Below, in pieces: positions 1-9,557 of a stretch of DNA of 32,000 bases. The notes beneath the pieces are model-generated. The model worked only from the letters and a program-made list of their open reading frames with translations. It did no database searches and was not told the origin of the DNA. The stretch is from Candidatus Saccharimonadota bacterium. GTDB lineage: Bacteria > Patescibacteriota > Gracilibacteria > UBA1369 > 2-02-FULL-48-14. Each line of letters begins with the position of its first letter. Positions within the stretch are counted from its first letter, which is position 1. The position numbers were made by a program, and so were the translations under genes. The stretch spans positions 1,050,001 to 1,082,000 of the forward strand of contig OZ246396.1 in the NCBI GenBank assembly GCA_965230905.1. The letters run 5' to 3'.

Positions 1-932
1 TCACCATGGACAGCATCGATCCTTCCAAGTTCACGGTGCCCACCATGACGGACTTTTACAGTGTGCTTTCGTCCATGGACGGAGCTGCCGATATGTCGCA
101 GCGCATTGCCAAGTACGTGACGGGGACTTACGCCGGGGTATTCAACAAAGAAACCAATGTGACGCTCGACACCGGGCTCATGATTTTCTCGGTGCGAGAT
201 TTGGAAGACGAGCTGCGGCCCGTGGCCATGTACATTATTTTGAACTACATCTGGAATCGCGTGCGCTCCACGCTTAAGAAACGAATTCTGGTGATTGATG
301 AAGCCTGGACATTGATGCAGCACGAAGATTCTGCGAAATTCTTATTTGGACTGGTGAAACGTGCCCGAAAATACTTTTTGGGAGTGACGACCATTACGCA
401 GGACGTGGAAGACTTTATTAATAGCCCGATGGGGAAACCAATTGTGACCAACTCCTCGATGCAGTTGCTTTTGAAGCAATCGCCGTCGGCGGTGGAACCG
501 CTGGCCAAGGTGTTCAACCTCACGGAGGGAGAAAAATATATGCTGCTCAATTCCGGCGTGGGACAAGGACTCTTTTTTGCCGGTCTCAAGCACGTGGCCA
601 TTCAAATCATTGCTTCCTTTAGTGAAGACCGAATCGTGACCACGAACCCTCAAGAACTCTTGAACCAAAGCAACGCGACGGCTCAGTTTGAAACTGAGGA
701 AGCTTTAAAGAAAGAAGCCGAGACGCTGGCAGCTCCAGCTGTGACGCCCGCTCCAGCGGCGCCCGTTGCGGCCACTCCCGAAGAAGCTAAAATGGAGGCG
801 GAATTCACCGAAAACGTAGCGGCGGTTTTGGACCAGCCCATTGAAGCACCTGCTTCGGTGGTGGCCACGGAAGCGACGGTTTTGGCACCTTCAACCCAAG
901 ATATCCCGGTGGTCTTTGAGGAGAAGAAGTAA
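1..932 (+). CDS. VirB4/TrbE-like type IV secretion-family AAA ATPase, C-terminal part (5' end outside the window)
   Basis: The frame is open from the window edge. Walker-B-like block 'KRILVIDEAWTLM', then 'GVTTITQDVEDF' and 'SMQLLLKQ', typical of the C-terminal half of VirB4/TraC/DUF87 ATPases. Ends in an ~85-aa Ala/Pro/Glu/Thr-rich low-complexity tail. Confidence 0.7.
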   Translation, partial: TMDSIDPSKFTVPTMTDFYSVLSSMDGAADMSQRIAKYVTGTYAGVFNKETNVTLDTGLMIFSVRDLEDELRPVAMYIILNYIWNRVRSTLKKRILVIDEAWTLMQHEDSAKFLFGLVKRARKYFLGVTTITQDVEDFINSPMGKPIVTNSSMQLLLKQSPSAVEPLAKVFNLTEGEKYMLLNSGVGQGLFFAGLKHVAIQIIASFSEDRIVTTNPQELLNQSNATAQFETEEALKKEAETLAAPAVTPAPAAPVAATPEEAKMEAEFTENVAAVLDQPIEAPASVVATEATVLAPSTQDIPVVFEEKK

Positions 933-935
933 TTT

Positions 936-2273
936 CTAGCGCTTCACCTCGTGCAGCCAAGCTTTGTAACGGCCTTTTTGGTGTTTGCCTTGCATAACCA
1001 GACCTAAACGTTCTTGGACGAGCCGTGTCACGGGTCCGATGCCGCCTTCTGAAACGTCCATTTCAAATCGGTCTTTGCGATCAGTGATACTGCCAACGGG
1101 GGCTAAGGTGACACCGGTTCCGCAGGCAAAGGCTTCCTGCATCAATCGTAATTCTGAAACGGGGATGTCCTTATCGTCCCTTACGCCTTTTAATTTGCCT
1201 TCAGCAGCTAGTTCTTTCCCAACTGCTAAAATGGAGTCTCGGGTAACGCCGTCCAAAATTTCCGGGCTCAAAGGAGGAGTCACCAGCCATTTGTCTTTTG
1301 TTACGAAGAAAGAATTGGAGGCGCGTTGCTCGCGGACCCATTTATTTTCATTGTCTATGAACAGAGAATCGTCGAAGCCGCGGTCCTTTACCTCGGCCGT
1401 GATGCGCAAAACCTGAGCATAGTTTCCACCTGCTTTCGTATCGCCCACGCCGCCTTTTGCCGCTCGATGAAAATCGCGATCCACCCACAATTTCAATGGC
1501 TCTTTTGCAAAAATGGGACCTACGGGAGAAGCCACGCAGGTGAACAGGAAACGGGGATTTCTCTCAACGCCCAGTAGATTTTGGGCAGCCCTGAGCCCCG
1601 GAGCTAAATAGACTTGAGCGGTGCCCGGATCGGGGATGAAATCCCAGTTTGCACGTACCAGCTCCTCATCAATCTTTATCAATTCTTTCGGAGTCATGGT
1701 GGGCATCATCATTCGGTCTGCATTTCTCCAAAATCGATTGGCATGTACATCCGGGCGAAACATCACCACGCGTCCGTCATCCAGTTTGTAGACCTTGTTT
1801 CCGCCAAAAATGGTTTGGCCATAGCGGTCCGCCAGAGGGTCGAGTTCCATGGTCCCCACAGGGATGATTTGAGGCTTGGTCCACGCACCTTCTTCGTGTG
1901 CGGCAACGGCCATATTTTTAAGAGGTGTGTATACAAAGGGAAGTTGGCCATGGCGCGCCTTTTCTTGAACTTCGGTCGAGTCCCCCGGCTTGCCGGGAAA
2001 ACTTCTGAAGGGGATTTTACTGACTCTAAGAAAACCGTCTTTTGGGACCACGCTTTGGTCAAAGTCGCCGGTTTCATTTTCGTAAACAAAGGCACTTCCA
2101 TAAGGGTCATTTTTACTCGAATGCACCGTCACGGTTCCTTTGCGCGCTAAAATTTCCAAAACACTTTTGCCAAGGGATTTTGCCTGGAATGGAGGAAAGT
2201 CCGCATGCTCACTTTCGCCGTTGAGAACACTTTCTATACGAGCTTCAAGCATAGTTTTGATATGAAGAGGCAA
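936..2273 (-). CDS. ilvE: Branched-chain amino acid aminotransferase (fold-type IV, long Mycobacterium/eukaryote-like type) with extra N-terminal segment
   Basis: 445-aa ORF. 'YGQTIFGG', 'FRPDVHANRF', PLP-lysine context 'GDTKAGGNYA', 'LDGVTRDSIL' and 'EAFACGTGVTLAPVGSI' line up with the conserved BCAT blocks. These blocks only begin around residue 110. Confidence 0.8.
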   Translation of the reverse strand: MPLHIKTMLEARIESVLNGESEHADFPPFQAKSLGKSVLEILARKGTVTVHSSKNDPYGSAFVYENETGDFDQSVVPKDGFLRVSKIPFRSFPGKPGDSTEVQEKARHGQLPFVYTPLKNMAVAAHEEGAWTKPQIIPVGTMELDPLADRYGQTIFGGNKVYKLDDGRVVMFRPDVHANRFWRNADRMMMPTMTPKELIKIDEELVRANWDFIPDPGTAQVYLAPGLRAAQNLLGVERNPRFLFTCVASPVGPIFAKEPLKLWVDRDFHRAAKGGVGDTKAGGNYAQVLRITAEVKDRGFDDSLFIDNENKWVREQRASNSFFVTKDKWLVTPPLSPEILDGVTRDSILAVGKELAAEGKLKGVRDDKDIPVSELRLMQEAFACGTGVTLAPVGSITDRKDRFEMDVSEGGIGPVTRLVQERLGLVMQGKHQKGRYKAWLHEVKR

Positions 2274-2355
2274 CTATAGGTCATATAAAAGGGCGAGTCA
2301 AAAGTCAGCAAAGCAATTAGTTCACTTTTCCATGAATGTGTGAGAAAGTGCCGGC

Positions 2356-2838
2356 ATGATTCGCGACCAAGCTTGGCTTCAATCTCAGCTCGATTTTCTT
2401 CTGGAAGGAGGCTTTTCTGATATGCCACGGCCAAACCGGATTACGATTGAGTTTGGGCGCAAGGCGCAGCGCCGGCTGGGCTCTATTCGCATGAGCCGCG
2501 ATAAAAAACGCAGCAGCATTCTTATTAATGGAATTTTCCGGCAGGAAATTGTGCCGCAGGAGGTGGTGCGAGCCACCATTGCCCATGAACTCTGCCATTA
2601 TGCTCACGGGTTTTGCTCGCCGCTGGAGCGGAAATATTCCAGCCCGCACGCCGGGGGTATTATTGACCGGGAACTGCGAAAGCGCGGGCTTGAACTCTAC
2701 AGTCGTTTTGAAAAAGACTGGACCAAAGCGCACTGGCCAAAAATCCTTGCGGCTGAGTTTCCGCGAAAACAGCGCACGCTTAGAGCTCGGCGTTCAGCGC
2801 CTTCAGCCATTCGTCTGCTTCGCCGTCTGTTTCAGTAA
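2356..2838 (+). CDS. SprT/YgjP (DUF45)-like zinc metallopeptidase-domain protein
   Basis: 160-aa ORF with an HExxH motif in 'ATIAHELCHYAHG', preceded by 'RRLGSIRMS...ILINGIF', a layout typical of DUF45/SprT-like proteins. Basic C-terminal tail. The last 59 nt overlap the convergent S41 peptidase gene. Confidence 0.55.
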   Translation: MIRDQAWLQSQLDFLLEGGFSDMPRPNRITIEFGRKAQRRLGSIRMSRDKKRSSILINGIFRQEIVPQEVVRATIAHELCHYAHGFCSPLERKYSSPHAGGIIDRELRKRGLELYSRFEKDWTKAHWPKILAAEFPRKQRTLRARRSAPSAIRLLRRLFQ

Positions 2839-4447
2839 CCAGGATATCTGGGGTCACGCCCACACCTTGAATCGAAGTGCCTTTTGACGAAAGCCAATGG
2901 GCGATGGTGAGTTTAAGTAGAGAACCATCCCAATATGTGATGACTTCTTGAGCGCTGCCCTTCCCATAAGTTTGGGTTCCGATCACGGTGGCGTGGCCCG
3001 TTTCTTGCAAGGTTTGGCTGAGGATTTCTGAAGCAGAAGCGGTGTACTCATCCACCAAAATATAAACAGGCACATCTTGGTACATGCCGGTGTCGCCGTT
3101 ATAAATGGTTTCTTGGGGGCCACCGTAATCCAAGGTTACCAAGGGAGTGAGGTGCGGCACAAAAAGCCCGGCAACAAAATTGCCCATGTTCACATAGCCG
3201 CCCGGGTTGCCTCGCAAGTCCAAAATAATGGCGGAGGGATTTGGTTCTTCGGCGGTCAGCTCCTCGAGGGTGAGCATCATGTCCTCGTAAATGTTCGCGG
3301 CAAAGGTATTGATCTCAATAAACCAGGCGTCTTTGTTGTAAATTTTTCCTTTAACCAAGTCCAAACCGATGAGGGCGCGGGTGAGGAGGTAGCTGTGTTC
3401 ATCTGAGTCACGTAAAATGGTGATCCGCACCTCGGTACCGGCGGCTCCTTTGATGCGTGCCATCACTTCTTCCAAAGGCATTCCGCTAACGGATATGTCG
3501 TCCACGGCGGTGATCTGGTCGCCGGGTTCCAAGTCAGATTCTTCGGCAGGTGTGTCTGCTAAAATTTCGGTAATAAAGACGGCGAGCGTATCTGCATCTT
3601 GAGCTAAAATGGCCCCAATGCCTTCAAACTGACCTTCAAGTGTACTGGTGAATTCCGTGGCTTGATCTGCGGTGAAGTAGAGGCTGTAAGGGTCATTCAA
3701 ACTTTCGAGCACGGCGTCCACCGCGGCTTGAAAAAGCACATCCTGATCGATTTCGTAGCCGCTGGGCAGGTAAAATTCATTCAAAATGCGATTCCACACG
3801 TCCGCAAGAATATCGGATTTGTAGAAATCGCTGTCGGTGTTCGCCGCGAGTGACTCGTTTTTCCAGCTTTCCACACGGAAAACGAGGTCGGCCAGTTCAC
3901 CGCGAGTTATTTTTTCGTAGGCAACGTAGTTGAGGGCGGGGTTTGCGTCCACCAGACCCAATCGGTCGGCTTGATAGAGGAGGGAATATAGAGGGTTTTT
4001 CACTCCCACGTCGTCGAATAATTGGGTTCGGTTCGCAAGGGGAATGATGGGCGCTCCCAAACCGTAGGCTTTCATCACCAGGCCGAGCACATTTCCACGA
4101 GTCAGGTTTTTTTCGGGTTCAAATAGGGTTCCGTCGGCTAAATCGTGGTAGACCGCGAGGCGTGCAAAAGGAGCAAACCAGGCGGTTTCTGGCACGTCGG
4201 TGAAGCTGGTTTTAGAGCCGCCGTCCAAATCTTCGCGTAGGCCCTTGAAAAGCATTTTGAAAAACTCTGCTTTAGTCAATTTATCGTCCGGGCGGAAGTT
4301 CGCAGCTGGGTCCACCGCTCCAATCAATTCCAGATAACTGACGCCTTCGTAATAGGGATGGCTGCCGGGCACGTCCTCAAATGAGGCGAAGGTGGTTTGG
4401 CTGAAGAAAGCCAAAGAAAACAGCAGGGCGGCTAGGATTTTTTTCAT
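2780..4447 (-). CDS. S41 family C-terminal processing peptidase with signal peptide, three SLH-like repeats and a PDZ domain
   Basis: Signal peptide 'MKKILAALLFSLAFFSQTTFA'. Three repeats of the SLH pattern (FEDVPGSHPYY..., FTDVPETAWFAPF..., FDDVGVKNPLY...ITRGELADL). PDZ-like 'GDQITAVDDISVSGM'. S41 blocks 'LDLRGNPGGY', 'ILVDEYTASASEI' and 'TYGKGS'. Confidence 0.85.
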   Translation of the reverse strand: MKKILAALLFSLAFFSQTTFASFEDVPGSHPYYEGVSYLELIGAVDPAANFRPDDKLTKAEFFKMLFKGLREDLDGGSKTSFTDVPETAWFAPFARLAVYHDLADGTLFEPEKNLTRGNVLGLVMKAYGLGAPIIPLANRTQLFDDVGVKNPLYSLLYQADRLGLVDANPALNYVAYEKITRGELADLVFRVESWKNESLAANTDSDFYKSDILADVWNRILNEFYLPSGYEIDQDVLFQAAVDAVLESLNDPYSLYFTADQATEFTSTLEGQFEGIGAILAQDADTLAVFITEILADTPAEESDLEPGDQITAVDDISVSGMPLEEVMARIKGAAGTEVRITILRDSDEHSYLLTRALIGLDLVKGKIYNKDAWFIEINTFAANIYEDMMLTLEELTAEEPNPSAIILDLRGNPGGYVNMGNFVAGLFVPHLTPLVTLDYGGPQETIYNGDTGMYQDVPVYILVDEYTASASEILSQTLQETGHATVIGTQTYGKGSAQEVITYWDGSLLKLTIAHWLSSKGTSIQGVGVTPDILVTETDGEADEWLKALNAEL

Positions 4448-4526
4448 GCAGGCAACTTAGCACGCTTCACCCTTTAAAAAAAGCCAAAACTGTGATACAA
4501 TTATAAGATTTAAATCAGAGGTAAAA

Positions 4527-6755
4527 ATGAAAGCTGGCTCAATTGTAAATTTAGTGCTTATTATCGCTCTCTCCGCAGGGCTTACGCTGGGGTCTTTTAC
4601 GGCCTTTCCAAAGACCGATGTTTTGTCGGCAACAGAAGGGGATTTGCAAGAACAACTGGAAAGTGCTGGAGCGGTGCGAGTGGATGGTCGTGACAGCGTT
4701 TCTTTATTGGAGATGGGCAGTGCCGAGTGGACCTGGAATTCCGAGGCTAAAACCGTTGAAACGGAACTCGCCAATGGAACTTTGTTCTTTGCTACTTTGG
4801 CCGATGACTTCACCGTGGAAGTTTCCACTCCTTTTGTGCGGGTGACTTCACAGAACAGCACGGCCTTGGTTCGCATGAGCGAGAGCGGGGAAGCCGTGGA
4901 GATTTTTGCCTTGGAGCATCCCAGCTTGGTCACTTTCCTCCTCGATGGGGGAGAACTGAACTCGCTTTTGATTCCCACGGGAACTTCTATGAAGGTTCCT
5001 TCTTCAAAGATAACCGAAACTCTGGGGCGTTTGCGTTTGACCAAACTCACCAAGGAATTCCCCGTTTTCCCTTTTGAAACGGCTGAACTCACCGAAGCTG
5101 AGCAGGTCACCTTCACCGACAGCCAAGCCGCCTACGATGAAAATTCCTTAAGTTTTTTGCAAGACCAACAAAAAGACAGCCACTTTGGTCCCGCGCTCAC
5201 CGGCTTGGGTTCTGCCCTCAACAAGGGTTACTCACTGTTCCGTGACACCTTAACGGTGTTGCCCTCAGCGGAAAACCGACTGAATGAGGCGCAAAAAGAA
5301 AAATACCTGGTGTATGGAATGAGCAACTTGTTGTTTGGAGATAAAGTCACCGGTGAAAAATGGGTGACCGATTGGAAGAATGCCCAGCCGGAGAACTCTC
5401 AAGTGGAAGCTATTTATTCTGCTTTGTTTTTTGCACTGCCGGGCGACGACCTTTACCTCGTTAAAGAAGCCGCCGCCGAGCTTTTGTATCCTCAGGAAGA
5501 ACCGCTCGTGGCGCTGCGCCGTGAGTTTCAGGAAATCGAAGGGCTACTCAGTCGCGGCTCCTTGGTGGAAGCACAAAGCGCTTACCAAAAGTACCAAGAT
5601 AAGTTTGAAATCGCGCTGCAAAGCGGAACCTTGGACGATGAAGCCTACCTGGACGACATCAGCCGAGAATACATGCTTTTGGAACTTTTACTCCGTAGCC
5701 ACGCCGTGTTTTACACGGGTGATTCGGTGAAATTGCTCACTGAATTGGAAACCAAGATTCTTTCTTTAGCCGGTAGCGATGAAGATTTGGATGAAGAACG
5801 CCAGGCTTTTGTGCAAAGCAAGCTCCGCTATTTGGAAAATCTTTTCAATTTTGTGGTGGATCGTAAGATTGCCGTGGAAGATGCGAGTGATTTAGCCAAC
5901 GATCTGGTGGCGGAGGCCGAACAGTATTTGGGTTCCATCACTTCCGAAGTGGCGGTTCGCAGTTATTTCCAAACCAAACTCCAAGAATACGACCTCTCCA
6001 TTCAGTTCATGAATTCCCCTGAATTCTATTCTTACGATAGTTTTGATGAGGGTCTGAAGGACTATCAGGCCAAGGTGGATGATTTGGCCAACCTCAATGA
6101 ATACATTCAAGGCCTTCGTTCCGGTGAAGAAAGCAGCGCAACTCTCACTTTGGAAGCCGCCATTGCCGCGGTGGAAAACGACCTGCGTTCCAACGGCATT
6201 CAATATAAGGAAGTGGAATCGTTGGGAGACAGTGCGAACCGTTTGTTCCAAATCGTATCGGGACACACGGGCGGTTATGCTTTTGAAGCCAATTACGACC
6301 GCGAAACCAAGATTTTGTACGACACGGTGGTGGAAGGTGAACTCCGATTCTCCACTGGTTTGACCCTGGAAAATGCGAATTCTGTGATTGAAACCGCCAT
6401 GAAAGACGCTGAGCTCACTCCCGAAGAAGAAGAGGAAACGCCCGTGGAAGAAGAAGGATCTTCGTTAACCGAAGATGTGGCTATTTCTCGAGTGGAAAAA
6501 GACTTCGAAGCCGCTGACTTGAAGTTGGGTGCTTTCACCTTTGACGTGGTGGATTTGGAGGAAAATACTTTCACCTTTGAAGGAGTGATGACGGAGGCGG
6601 CCCTGGTGGTTTCCGGCAGCTATGACTTGGATACGGGATTGGTGACTGAGGTGTTGTGGGAACTGGATGGCGAGCCCCAGAATTTTCCAGATATTGGGCT
6701 TTTAGGTTTTGAAGATGCGCTTTATGCGACGTATCAAGCCCTCACAGCGGAGTAA
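4527..6755 (+). CDS. Membrane-anchored hypothetical protein (possible FecR-like beta domain, long helical region, acidic linker)
   Basis: 742-aa ORF with the purine-rich stretch 'cagaggtaaaa' directly upstream of the ATG. N-terminal TM 'IVNLVLIIALSAGLTLGSF'. The region 'TLFFATL..FTVEVSTPFVRVTSQNSTALVRM..GEAVEIFALEH' loosely resembles FecR-type beta sandwiches. Glu-rich linker 'TPEEEEETPVEEEG'. No confident family assignment. Confidence 0.5.
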   Translation: MKAGSIVNLVLIIALSAGLTLGSFTAFPKTDVLSATEGDLQEQLESAGAVRVDGRDSVSLLEMGSAEWTWNSEAKTVETELANGTLFFATLADDFTVEVSTPFVRVTSQNSTALVRMSESGEAVEIFALEHPSLVTFLLDGGELNSLLIPTGTSMKVPSSKITETLGRLRLTKLTKEFPVFPFETAELTEAEQVTFTDSQAAYDENSLSFLQDQQKDSHFGPALTGLGSALNKGYSLFRDTLTVLPSAENRLNEAQKEKYLVYGMSNLLFGDKVTGEKWVTDWKNAQPENSQVEAIYSALFFALPGDDLYLVKEAAAELLYPQEEPLVALRREFQEIEGLLSRGSLVEAQSAYQKYQDKFEIALQSGTLDDEAYLDDISREYMLLELLLRSHAVFYTGDSVKLLTELETKILSLAGSDEDLDEERQAFVQSKLRYLENLFNFVVDRKIAVEDASDLANDLVAEAEQYLGSITSEVAVRSYFQTKLQEYDLSIQFMNSPEFYSYDSFDEGLKDYQAKVDDLANLNEYIQGLRSGEESSATLTLEAAIAAVENDLRSNGIQYKEVESLGDSANRLFQIVSGHTGGYAFEANYDRETKILYDTVVEGELRFSTGLTLENANSVIETAMKDAELTPEEEEETPVEEEGSSLTEDVAISRVEKDFEAADLKLGAFTFDVVDLEENTFTFEGVMTEAALVVSGSYDLDTGLVTEVLWELDGEPQNFPDIGLLGFEDALYATYQALTAE

Positions 6756-6782
6756 AAAATCTTTGCTTATAAAATAATGTGA

Positions 6783-8723
<1,941 letters not shown>

Positions 8724-8792
8724 GGCTCACGGCAATTCGATTTGACGACCACTGGCTTTTGTGTTATCTTTGCTCTCCTTAATTTACTGTCT

Positions 8793-9500
8793 ATGAAACT
8801 CCCTACTTTTGAAAGTCTCCGCGAAGATGGTGCTGATGCACTGAAAGCTGCTGTTCAATCGCTTGATCCTCGTATGCTGCTTGCCGTTTCCACTTTGGTG
8901 CTTGGTGCTTGTCCCGATGAGAAGGGTACTGGCATGAACAGCACCGATCCTTTCGATGATACGGCTATGGATACTGGAGACACTGCTACTGACACGGCTA
9001 TAGATACTGGAGACACAGCTGCAGATACCGACACCGATACAGCTTCTGACACTGGCACGGACACCGATACTGACACGGGCTACACTTTGGAAGCAATCAC
9101 TCGTATGTCTGCTGCTCAATGTGATGGATACGTGAATAAAATGCCTGAACCTAGCAATATTTCTTCTCTGTATATGGATAGTTTTGGTGCCGACAGTAGC
9201 TACGCGGGAAGAACTTTTACTGACACGAATTACGGAGCTAGTGATATGAATCGAAACTACTTCGTTTGTGTTTGGGATGGCTTTGATAAGTCTGCGGATG
9301 AAAGCCGGTTGATTCGTATGGCAGCAACGGGTTCTCAACCTGAAACGTTCACTGTTGAGGCGGATATAGATATGGCTGGAGAGGCCTTTATGATGGCCTT
9401 TATTACGGATGAAAATTTGTACGCAGTTCGAAATAAAGAAGACCTCAGTCCTTATTGGGTTTTTAGTGCTGAAAACGGTGTTACTGGTGACATGGAGTAA
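8793..9500 (+). CDS. Putative lipoprotein with Asp/Thr-rich low-complexity linker and Cys-containing C-terminal domain
   Basis: Lipobox 'LVLGAC' (codons at 8895-8912), followed by 'DTAMDTGDTATDTAIDTGDTAADTDTDTASDTGTDTDTDTG'. ATG at 8793 is preferred over the TTG at 8742, because TTGACG-17-TATCTT (8742-8770) looks like its promoter. Confidence 0.6.
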   Translation: MKLPTFESLREDGADALKAAVQSLDPRMLLAVSTLVLGACPDEKGTGMNSTDPFDDTAMDTGDTATDTAIDTGDTAADTDTDTASDTGTDTDTDTGYTLEAITRMSAAQCDGYVNKMPEPSNISSLYMDSFGADSSYAGRTFTDTNYGASDMNRNYFVCVWDGFDKSADESRLIRMAATGSQPETFTVEADIDMAGEAFMMAFITDENLYAVRNKEDLSPYWVFSAENGVTGDME

Positions 9501-9557
9501 GCACTTTGACTGATAGAGCTAAACATGTTACTCTAACCACTAATTAAATTCTTTCTT

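Noticed and set aside
2780-2838. Convergent gene overlaps (59 nt SprT-like/S41; 32 nt rimK-like/alr at 24780-24811; 4 nt tatD/orf566) as something functional
   Set aside because: These are consistent with general genome compaction. There are no conserved structures or motifs in the overlaps, and 3' ends of poorly conserved tails are involved.
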